This document shows positions 46,223 through 53,834 of a stretch of 64,000 nt of DNA, in pieces. The number at the start of each line of letters is the position of its first letter. The stretch's first letter is position 1. Source of the DNA: an uncultured Candidatus Saccharibacteria bacterium (lineage in GTDB: Bacteria; Patescibacteriota; Saccharimonadia; Saccharimonadales; Saccharimonadaceae); assembly GCA_948851665.1 (NCBI GenBank), contig CAQOWG010000003.1:12021-76020 (forward strand), read 5' to 3'. The notes beneath the pieces are model-generated. The model saw only the letters and a program-made list of their open reading frames with translations, was not told the DNA's origin and searched no databases. Position numbers and translations under genes: made by a program.

Positions 46223-48601
46223 CTATTGTCCAGCTTTTTCTTCAAATTCTTCCATCGTCCGAATCAACACTTCGCGCGGCTTATGCCCATTCGCCGGTCC
46301 AATCACGCCAATCTCTTCCAACCAAATCGCCAATCCTGATACGAAACCATGCCCCTTCCCTAACCAAGTCTGTAGGCTCGCCGTCGAGAATTTACCTTGT
46401 TTCAAAGTGATCTCAATCGCCTTGCGCACTACTGGGTCATTCGGATCATATCGTCTGCCCAAATCGCCCAAACCACCGATATCACCACCATCAGACATGC
46501 CCTTAATCTGCACTGTCTGCGCCACCACTTCATCGTTATACTGAGGCGGTCGCTGTTCACGCAAGAAATCGGTTAAATGTTTTACGTCATCATCATTTGC
46601 CCATGCGCCCTGAATTCGTCGCGGCTTCCCCATCATCGAAGTGGTCAAAAGTAGCATATCGCCCATCCCCAGCAACTTATCTGCCCCCACCATATCGAGA
46701 ATTACCCGTGAGTCTACCTGATTTTGCACCGCAAAAGCAATCCTTCCTGGAATATTCGCCTTAATCAAACCAGTGATCACCTTTACTTCTGGACGCTGAG
46801 TAGCCAGCACTAGATGAATCCCCGCTGCACGACCTTTCTGCGCAATCCGCACAATCGGCATTTCTAGTTCTTTCCCTGCCACCATCATCAAATCACTCAT
46901 CTCATCCACCAAAATCACAATATACGGCATCCGCTCGCCCTCGTGTCCCATCTCCTGGTTCAGATCTTCGTTCGCTTTCTCCTCGGGCGCCTCCGCATCT
47001 TTCTTGGCTTTCTTCCCTTTTTCTGCAGTTTCCTCTACCGCCGACTTCGCCATCTTCGTATTGTAATCAACAATATTCTTCACTTTTTCTTCAGCCATCA
47101 AAGTATAGCGCTTTTCCATCTCGGCTACTGCCCAGCGCAGTGCCGAAATCGCCTTTTCTGGACTTGTAATGATCGGCGTCAACAAATGTGGAATATCCTC
47201 ATATTCCGCCATCTCCACCTGCTTCGGGTCAATGATAATCAGCTTCAAATCACTTGGCGCATTACGATATAATAGAGAACTCAGGAGCGTGTTCGTCATT
47301 ACTGACTTACCTGAACCAGTCGTACCAGCAATCAAGAGATGTGGCATCTTCGCTAAATTCTCCACCACTGCTTTACCAGAAATATCTCGTCCCACTGCAA
47401 AACTCAGTGGCGCATCTGTCTTTTTCCATTCTGGACTTTCCAAAATTCCCCTCAAGCGCACATCGGCCGATTTCACATTCGGTACCTCAACGCCCACCAA
47501 TCGTGTACCTGGAATCGGCGCCTCAATCCTCACCGTCTCCACTGCCAGATTTAACTGTAGTTCCTTATCGCGTGCTAAAATTTTCGACAAACTCACCCCA
47601 TTTGGCGCCTTCATCGTGTACTGAGTAACCCTCGGCCCAACGTTCGCTGGCCCCATCTCCACGTCAATCCCAAAATCAGCCAACGTCGACTGAATAATAC
47701 TCGCATTCTGTTGCACGTCACCCGAATCCGCCTTCGACTGCTTCCGCTCAAACAGATCAATCGCCGGCATCTTCCAATCTGGATCATTCACCGCCACCAA
47801 TGCCTTATTGGTCTCAACCACCTCTTTCGCCTCAGCCTTCGCTGGCACCGCTTCTTCCACCTCTTTCTTCTTACCAAGCCCAAGTTTCCCAAACATCCCC
47901 AATTTTGGCTGTGGCTTTAGCGGCTCCTCTTCTACCGCATCACCACGCACCTCAATCTCCACATCACCCGCCTTCGCTGCAACTCTAGTCTTCTCTTTTT
48001 CTTTCTTCACCGGTTCGACTTTCTTCGCCTTTGCTCGCGTTTCCTTCTTCTCGGTCGTACGGAACCAATCTGCCACCGTCTCTATCACCGCTGCCGGGCT
48101 CATCTGCAAAATAAACGCCGCCGTCACAAATATTAATATAATATATATAATAATCGCCACACTCGGATTCAAAAGTTCTGTTACAAATTCATTTAACCAC
48201 GCCCCTACTGCGCCACCGCTCTCTGCCCCCGACAACCCAAACGCCCCCGCCAACCAGCAAATCATCAAAATCGAAGCAATCCAAACCACCGGCGCCAAAC
48301 GATTCCCTTCACTCCGAAAAATCTTGAACGCCATCCAAACCAGCAACAACGGTACCAAAAACTTTGCCTTGCCAATAATATCCGACAAGAACCCATCCAC
48401 CGAATTCAATGTTTCCCCACCATCCCCCATCCAAGTCAAAACTAAGAACACGGCGAGCAACGCCAAAAGAATCGCCACAATTTGTCGCCAAAATCCACCC
48501 GGTAATTCATGTGCCGGTGCTGATTTCTTGCGCCCGCGCGTATTTCTACTACCCGCTGGCCGCCCCCGTTTTCCTGTACCTTTTGACCTCGCTTTTGCCA
48601 T
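46223..48601 (-). CDS. ftsK: DNA translocase FtsK/SpoIIIE
   Basis: N-terminal TM helices, a linker, then the motor domain (LLIAGTTGSGKSV, VILVDEMSDLMM, ATQRP) and a gamma wHTH. The track start at 48610 overlaps the TATAAT, so the likely start is the ATG at 48601, 7 nt after TGATATAAT. Confidence 0.9.
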   Translation of the reverse strand: MAKARSKGTGKRGRPAGSRNTRGRKKSAPAHELPGGFWRQIVAILLALLAVFLVLTWMGDGGETLNSVDGFLSDIIGKAKFLVPLLLVWMAFKIFRSEGNRLAPVVWIASILMICWLAGAFGLSGAESGGAVGAWLNEFVTELLNPSVAIIIYIILIFVTAAFILQMSPAAVIETVADWFRTTEKKETRAKAKKVEPVKKEKEKTRVAAKAGDVEIEVRGDAVEEEPLKPQPKLGMFGKLGLGKKKEVEEAVPAKAEAKEVVETNKALVAVNDPDWKMPAIDLFERKQSKADSGDVQQNASIIQSTLADFGIDVEMGPANVGPRVTQYTMKAPNGVSLSKILARDKELQLNLAVETVRIEAPIPGTRLVGVEVPNVKSADVRLRGILESPEWKKTDAPLSFAVGRDISGKAVVENLAKMPHLLIAGTTGSGKSVMTNTLLSSLLYRNAPSDLKLIIIDPKQVEMAEYEDIPHLLTPIITSPEKAISALRWAVAEMEKRYTLMAEEKVKNIVDYNTKMAKSAVEETAEKGKKAKKDAEAPEEKANEDLNQEMGHEGERMPYIVILVDEMSDLMMVAGKELEMPIVRIAQKGRAAGIHLVLATQRPEVKVITGLIKANIPGRIAFAVQNQVDSRVILDMVGADKLLGMGDMLLLTTSMMGKPRRIQGAWANDDDVKHLTDFLREQRPPQYNDEVVAQTVQIKGMSDGGDIGGLGDLGRRYDPNDPVVRKAIEITLKQGKFSTASLQTWLGKGHGFVSGLAIWLEEIGVIGPANGHKPREVLIRTMEEFEEKAGQ

Positions 48602-48968
48602 ATTTCTCATTATATCATACCTTGGTGCAAAACCGCGCTATTCAACTTTTTGCCACAAACACAAAAAGTATGTTGCACTAGAATTGTTACAAGCAATACA
48701 ATTTAACGAAGTCGGATTTTTATCCACAAAAACCGATCTTCAGTCACGCAAAGTAATATTGGCGCCATGGGGTGCGATGCTTTGAGTAATTGAAGACTTC
48801 GAGTATTGTTTGTAACATCCTCGTGGTGCCATTTTTGTTATGGTAATATCTACGAACTCCAACACCTTCTTATACACGAACTAGGGGGTTTCCTACTTCA
48901 TATCTCTATCAATTCACATCGTGACTAAGCCGACCAAAATGTCTACCGTCTTCGCTCGGCGCACCCTC

Positions 48969-49194
48969 CGCAGCGCAGAGCAAAGCCGCTGCCACGGAAA
49001 TGGTTATGCTGGACGAGGACATTACCGGCCCACGTACTCAGGTTGTGCCCACTGGTAGCTGACCCAGCCGTGCTAGACCACCAGAAGCCATTCGTCGTAC
49101 GTGCGTAGAGGTAGCCGTAGGAACGGTGGTAGTCGCCAGTACGCAGGAACTGGAGAGGCCATTCATTAAGACGGTTGTAGTTGGGGGTGCTGGC
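48969..49194 (-). repeat. Lectin-like C-terminal cassette, copy F (near-identical to C)
   Basis: 224 of 226 nt are identical to 24331-24556. It begins ~10 nt after the pnp stop on the same strand. An in-frame TAG lies 3 codons before the head. Confidence 0.95.
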
Positions 49195-49204
49195 AAAATA
49201 CTAT

Positions 49205-51379
49205 CTATTGTTCCACATTCTTCATAGAAAGGCTCAACCTCCCCCGATCATCAATCGCCACCAGCTTCACCTTCACCTGTTGACCTTCGTGCAAAACGTC
49301 CGTTACCTTATCAACTCGCTTATCAGAAATCTGCGACACGTGAAGCATGCCGTCCGTCCCTGGCAAAATATTCACAAACGCCCCGAAATCCTTGATTGTT
49401 ACCACAGTGCCATCATAGATCTTCCCCACTTCCGGCTCTTCCACCAGCGATTTAATCCATTTCACAGCCTTCTCAATCGCCTCGGCGTCACTCCCCGCCA
49501 CCGTCACTAAGCCCGAATCATCGATGTCCACTAGCGCCCCAGTCTCGCTAGTAATCTTGTTAATTGTCTCCCCACCTTTACCAATAATCATACCAATCTG
49601 ATCTGGCTTCACCATAATCTTCTCAATTCGTGGTGCATATGGCGAAAGCTCCGCCCGTGGCTCCGAAATCACACTCAGCATGTGGTCGAGAATGAACATC
49701 CGCCCCTCGTGCGACTGCGCAATCGCTTTCTCTAAAATCTCCACCGGTAAACCGTGTACCTTCATATCCATCTGCAAAGCTGTCACACCTTCAGTCGTAC
49801 CAGTCACCTTAAAGTCCATATCACCCGCGAAATCTTCCGCATCCATCAAATCCGTCAGGACATAAGCCTTGTCAATATCATCGGCCGTAATCTCTTCACC
49901 TTTCGGCACATCCACCATTAGCCCCATTGCCACACCGCTCACTGGGCGCTTCAATGGCACGCCAGCATCCATCAACGCCATACAACTCGAACAAGTTGCC
50001 GCCATCGAAGTTGACCCATTCTGGCTCATAATCTCAGTTACACTGCGAATTGCATACGGGAATTCCTCCTCACTCGGCAACATCGGAAGCAATGCTCTCT
50101 CTGCCAAGTAACCATGCCCCACTTCGCGACGTCCTGGACTACCAAGACGACCTGTCTCGCCTACCGTGTAAGGCGCGGCATTATAATGATGCATATAGCG
50201 TCGCTTTCCATCCGTCACTTCCATCGTATCGACAATCTGCGAGAACGATAACGGCGCCAGCGTCACAATGTTCATTGCCTGAGTCAGACCACGCGTAAAG
50301 AGCGATGACCCATGCACCCGTGGCAAAATACCTACCTGCGAAGACAGTGGCCGCACCTCGGTCAATTTTCGCCCATCCGGTCGCACGCCCTCTTCAATAA
50401 TCCCCCGTCGCACTTCGTGATTTACTGCGAGATCAAACGCCTGATCATATTCACCCTGCATCCGCTCGGTATAATCGGCAATCTTCTCTTCCTCGGTTTC
50501 GCCTTCACCCAGCTCCGCAGCGAGTTCTGCATGCATCTGATCCTTAAGCGCCGCTACCTTGTTCTGTCGATCAATCACATTTCCACGCACTTCGTTCAAT
50601 TTCCCTGTCGTCCAAGCATCCACCCGCTCCTGAATCGCTGGGTCTGGCAGTTGCAATTCATATTCTTGCTGTTGTGGTTGTACCTTCTCGACCAGCTCAC
50701 GCTGCAAGTCCAACATCGGCTGCACATTCTTCACCGCCCAGTGCATTGCCTCAATAATCATCGCTTCTGGTACTTCGTCCGCACCAGCCTCGACCATCAT
50801 CACTTTGCCATCTTTGCAAGCCACTACAAGATCCAGCGTTGACTGTTCACGCTCTTCTGGCGTCAAAAATGCCTTGAATTCACCATTAATCCGGCCAATC
50901 CTTAGCCCCGCCACTGGCCCATCAAATGGCGTACCCGAAAGCATCAATGCGCTCGACGCCGCCAGCATGCCAATCACGTCTGGACGAAACGCCGGATCCA
51001 TGCTGAGTACCGTCGCCACCACCTGTACTTCCTGGCGATAACCCTTCGGGAATAGTGGGCGAATTGGACGATCAATCAACCGCCCCACCAAAATCGCTTC
51101 ATCTGCCGGCTTCCCCTCCCGTTTAATGAATTTCGATCCGTTAATCTTCCCTGCCGCATAAAACTTCTCTTCGTAATCAATTGTCAGTGGGAAAAAGTCC
51201 TGCACCACCGGCTTCTTCCCTACCACGACTGACCCCAACACTACGGTATCCCCATAAGTTACGAGCACCGATGCCGTCGACCGGAACCCTACTCGGTTTA
51301 CCTCTAGCGTCAATTTCCGCCCCAAAAGCTCCGTCGACACCACGAGTGCCTGTTTTCCACTTGGATTTATAATTTCCAT
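49205..51379 (-). CDS. pnp: Polyribonucleotide nucleotidyltransferase (PNPase)
   Basis: 724 aa with two RNase PH domains plus KH (IGMIIGKGGETINKI) and S1 (GKIYDGTVVTIKDFGAFV) domains. SD leader. Confidence 0.95.
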   Translation of the reverse strand: MEIINPSGKQALVVSTELLGRKLTLEVNRVGFRSTASVLVTYGDTVVLGSVVVGKKPVVQDFFPLTIDYEEKFYAAGKINGSKFIKREGKPADEAILVGRLIDRPIRPLFPKGYRQEVQVVATVLSMDPAFRPDVIGMLAASSALMLSGTPFDGPVAGLRIGRINGEFKAFLTPEEREQSTLDLVVACKDGKVMMVEAGADEVPEAMIIEAMHWAVKNVQPMLDLQRELVEKVQPQQQEYELQLPDPAIQERVDAWTTGKLNEVRGNVIDRQNKVAALKDQMHAELAAELGEGETEEEKIADYTERMQGEYDQAFDLAVNHEVRRGIIEEGVRPDGRKLTEVRPLSSQVGILPRVHGSSLFTRGLTQAMNIVTLAPLSFSQIVDTMEVTDGKRRYMHHYNAAPYTVGETGRLGSPGRREVGHGYLAERALLPMLPSEEEFPYAIRSVTEIMSQNGSTSMAATCSSCMALMDAGVPLKRPVSGVAMGLMVDVPKGEEITADDIDKAYVLTDLMDAEDFAGDMDFKVTGTTEGVTALQMDMKVHGLPVEILEKAIAQSHEGRMFILDHMLSVISEPRAELSPYAPRIEKIMVKPDQIGMIIGKGGETINKITSETGALVDIDDSGLVTVAGSDAEAIEKAVKWIKSLVEEPEVGKIYDGTVVTIKDFGAFVNILPGTDGMLHVSQISDKRVDKVTDVLHEGQQVKVKLVAIDDRGRLSLSMKNVEQ

Positions 51380-51499
51380 CCTTTTTCCTTTCTCGGGAAA
51401 ACCTCAGAAATCCGTCCCCTATCAGATTTCCGCTGTCTTCCCAGTATTTATACTACCCCTATTATACCACAGATTTCGCCCACTTTTCACCATTCTCTA

Positions 51500-51528
51500 T
51501 TGACAAAATGCTCATGGTGTGATACAAT
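51500..51528 (+). promoter_or_regulatory. Consensus sigma-70 promoter for the 188-aa orphan gene
   Basis: TTGACA (51500-51505), a 17-nt spacer, then TGaTACAAT (-10 at 51523-51528). A ~60-nt leader carries GAAAGGAAGAG before the ATG at 51592. Confidence 0.7.
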
Positions 51529-51591
51529 AGAAGTATGGGCCGGTTTTTTCACAAGATCGTCGCTCAAGATTTTTGAAAGGAAGAGTTTACA

Positions 51592-52158
51592 ATGACAGAA
51601 ACAGCAACAACAGCAACCACGAGGACCATCAGTCAAATATTCGATGACAACCCACCGCGCGTTCATTTGGAGAGTTTTATCGGTACGCCTCATCCGGGCA
51701 GCCCGAAAACCCTCTTTAGTATCCGCATCCCAGCAAAACATCAAGCCGAAGGACTGAGTATCGTTCGTATGCAAAATTGCGACCTCACTCAACTTTTGCA
51801 GGATGCCAAAATGGACCACCGTGACAAAAGCAAATTCACGGTGCCAACTGCGGCCGGACCTTGCATCGTAAAATTGCATTTCCTCATCTTCCCCAACAAG
51901 GCAGATGAAATCCAAATTGACTATATGTACAGTCCTCAGGAATCCACCGTTGTCAGCAGGCACAACTTCGCGCTTTGTAAGCAGGTGGACACAGAAGTTG
52001 GAAATCGTATCCACTACGATGTTACTCTCCAACACGACATCAACGTTTTTGCCAGCATCGTCCACGATTTAGTCTGCGAGTTTATCGACCGCATCTATTT
52101 CGACAGTATTGCCGCTGGCAAGAAACCTGATTATCTGGTAATGACCCCCCCCCTGTAA
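51592..52158 (+). CDS. Hypothetical 188-aa protein (orphan, atypical codon usage for its strand)
   Basis: Chosen over the overlapping minus-strand ORF (51487-52065) because it has a consensus promoter, an SD and a terminator. No recognisable domain. Confidence 0.6.
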   Translation: MTETATTATTRTISQIFDDNPPRVHLESFIGTPHPGSPKTLFSIRIPAKHQAEGLSIVRMQNCDLTQLLQDAKMDHRDKSKFTVPTAAGPCIVKLHFLIFPNKADEIQIDYMYSPQESTVVSRHNFALCKQVDTEVGNRIHYDVTLQHDINVFASIVHDLVCEFIDRIYFDSIAAGKKPDYLVMTPPL

Positions 52159-52189
52159 CGACCTAAGGCTCTTAGTATTTTACACAAAT

Positions 52190-52218
52190 AAAAAACTCCC
52201 CCTCAGGGGAGTCTTTTA
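52190..52218. terminator. Bidirectional terminator between the orphan gene and rpsO
   Basis: AAAAAACTCCCC-CTCA-GGGGAGTCTTTT. Confidence 0.8.
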
Positions 52219-52482
52219 TTTCCTGAGCCCTAACTCTGCGATTGTGTTTTTGTACTTCTCGAAATCGTTTTTCTCGAGGTACTTCAGCAACTTTTTGCGC
52301 TGCCCCACCATCTGCATCAAACCACGCTTCGCCATGAAATCGTGCTTGTTTTCCTTCACATGCTCAGTTACTTCCTTGATCCGTTCGGTCAAGATCGCCA
52401 CTTGCACCTCTGGAGAACCCACATCGTTCTTGCTACGAGCGAGCTTCTTCATCGCCTCGGCTTTTTTCTCTCTAGTAATCAT
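52216..52482 (-). CDS. rpsO: 30S ribosomal protein S15
   Basis: 88 aa. ...GSPEVQVAILTERIKEVTEHVKENKHDFMAKRGLMQMVGQRKKLLKYL. Confidence 0.95.
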   Translation of the reverse strand: MITREKKAEAMKKLARSKNDVGSPEVQVAILTERIKEVTEHVKENKHDFMAKRGLMQMVGQRKKLLKYLEKNDFEKYKNTIAELGLRK

Positions 52483-52540
52483 ATATCGCCCATTATATCA
52501 CAGATTACATCCCCAATCAACCCCTATTTTGCACATACCC

Positions 52541-52724
52541 CTTAACTTCCTGCGTACCGGGTTCTACTATTACTCCGACGGTAAGGTCTACGATCGCACG
52601 ACGAATGGCCGCTGGTGGTCCGCTACTCGTAGCTCTGCGACGAATGCTAACAACCTGAACACGGATACCACGGCTGTCTTCCCGCAGGGCAGCAGCAATC
52701 GCGGGCTCGGCTTTGCGGTGCCGC
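52541..52724 (+). repeat. Lectin-like C-terminal cassette, copy G (divergent, 5'-truncated)
   Basis: The frame reads LNFLRTGFYYYSDGKVYDRTTNGRWWSATRSSATNANNLNTDTTAVFPQGSSNRGLGFAV. Its tail abuts the tail of copy H. Confidence 0.8.
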
Positions 52725-52726
52725 TA

Positions 52727-53068
52727 CGCAGCGCAGAGCAAAGCCGTGACCACGGAAATAGTTAGACTGGGCGTTGACACCGCCAGTATGCGTACCCAGG
52801 TAGCGCCCGTAGGTAGCGGATCCAGCCGTATTAGACCACCAGTAGCCAACCGTCGTACGCTCGCGGAGGTAGCCGTAGGAACGGTGGTAGTAGCCAGTAC
52901 GCAGGAACTGGAGAGGCCAAGAGTTAAACAGTCCGGAAGGCATGAAACTTTGTTTCATGCCCAGCAAGCAATTTCATTGCTTGCTCTCATCTCCAATGAG
53001 ATGAGTTCCGAACTGAACATTAATACGGTTGTAGTTGGGGGTGCTGGCGTGGCCGCACGGCCCGGAGC
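52727..53068 (-). repeat. Lectin-like C-terminal cassette, copy H (carries a 98-bp insertion)
   Basis: The frame reads ...SGPCGHASTPNYNRIN[insert]WPLQFLRTGYYHRSYGYLRERTTVGYWWSNTAGSATYGRYLGTHTGGVNAQSNYFRGHGFALRCV. It starts ~27 nt 3' of truB on the same strand. The insert supplies TTG/ATG codons, giving the 106-aa track ORF 52647-52967. Confidence 0.9.
52920..53018 (-). other. 98-bp perfectly nested four-helix palindromic element inserted in cassette H
   Basis: Plus strand: outer arm GTTAAACAGTCCGGAA, then three adjacent hairpins, then outer arm TTCCGAACTGAAC. The hairpins are GGCATGAAAC-TTT-GTTTCATGCC, AGCAAGCAAT-TTC-ATTGCTTGCT and CTCATCTC-CAAT-GAGATGAG. There are almost no unpaired junction nucleotides. 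The other cassettes read GAGAGGCCATTCATTAATACGG uninterrupted at this point. Confidence 0.85.
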
Positions 53069-53094
53069 GACTCAAACAAAGAGCGTCTGGGGTC

Positions 53095-53811
53095 CTAAAC
53101 AGCAGAGTTCCATTCTACAGCATCTTCCACTTTCCACTCCCCCACCTGCGTTCGCCGAAGCTCCTCCACATACGCTCCCGTCCCTAGCCTCTCCCCCATT
53201 TCTTCACCTAACGCCCGGATATACGTTCCACTTGATACTTTCGTCCTAATTCTCACCTCTGGCCAAGCATAATCCAGCACTTCCAAATCATACACCCTCA
53301 CCTTCCGCACCGGCATCTCCACCTGCTTCCCCGCCCGCGCCAATTTATACGCTCGCTGACCATTAATCTTCACTGCCGAATATTCCGGCACTCGCTGCAT
53401 CATCTCCCCCACCACCCCCCGCGCGCACTCCTCCACCACCCCTCGCGTTGGCACCATTACATCAACAACTTCCGTAATCTCCCCCTCTGGGTCCCCAGTC
53501 GTCGACTTCTTCCCCAGTATAAATGTCGCCTCGTATTCTTTATCAAGTTTCAAAAAATCCTGTGCCTTTTTCGTCGCTTTACCAACTAACACAATCAAAA
53601 GCCCCGTCGCAAACGGATCCAAAGTCCCCGCGTGCCCCACCTTCACTTTTTTCGGTCGCGCCGGCACGTACTTCCGCTCTTCTTCCGTCAAATCTCCGTA
53701 CTTCGCGTCCCACTCTTGCCGCGCCATCTCTGTCAATTTCCGTCGCACTCGCGCCACCACGCCAAAACTGGTCATCCCCGCCGGCTTATCAATCAATAAA
53801 ATCTCATCCAT
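53095..53811 (-). CDS. truB: tRNA pseudouridine(55) synthase
   Basis: LLIDKPAGMTSF...GHAGTLDPFATGLLIVLVG (catalytic Asp motif). Confidence 0.9.
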   Translation of the reverse strand: MDEILLIDKPAGMTSFGVVARVRRKLTEMARQEWDAKYGDLTEEERKYVPARPKKVKVGHAGTLDPFATGLLIVLVGKATKKAQDFLKLDKEYEATFILGKKSTTGDPEGEITEVVDVMVPTRGVVEECARGVVGEMMQRVPEYSAVKINGQRAYKLARAGKQVEMPVRKVRVYDLEVLDYAWPEVRIRTKVSSGTYIRALGEEMGERLGTGAYVEELRRTQVGEWKVEDAVEWNSAV

Positions 53812-53834
53812 CCCCCCATTATACCACCAATATT

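Noticed and set aside
48720-48728. Perfect DnaA box TTATCCACA upstream of ftsK, and DnaA-like boxes at 513-590, as evidence for oriC
   Set aside because: These are single or degenerate boxes with no dnaA or dnaN nearby. Gene orientation and C>G skew are uniform across both sites, so there is no skew switch. A single 9-mer is expected by chance in a genome of this size.
51487-52065. Minus-strand 192-aa ORF overlapping the 188-aa plus-strand orphan
   Set aside because: It has no promoter, SD or terminator on that strand. The plus-strand ORF has a consensus TTGACA-17-TACAAT promoter, an SD and a terminator.
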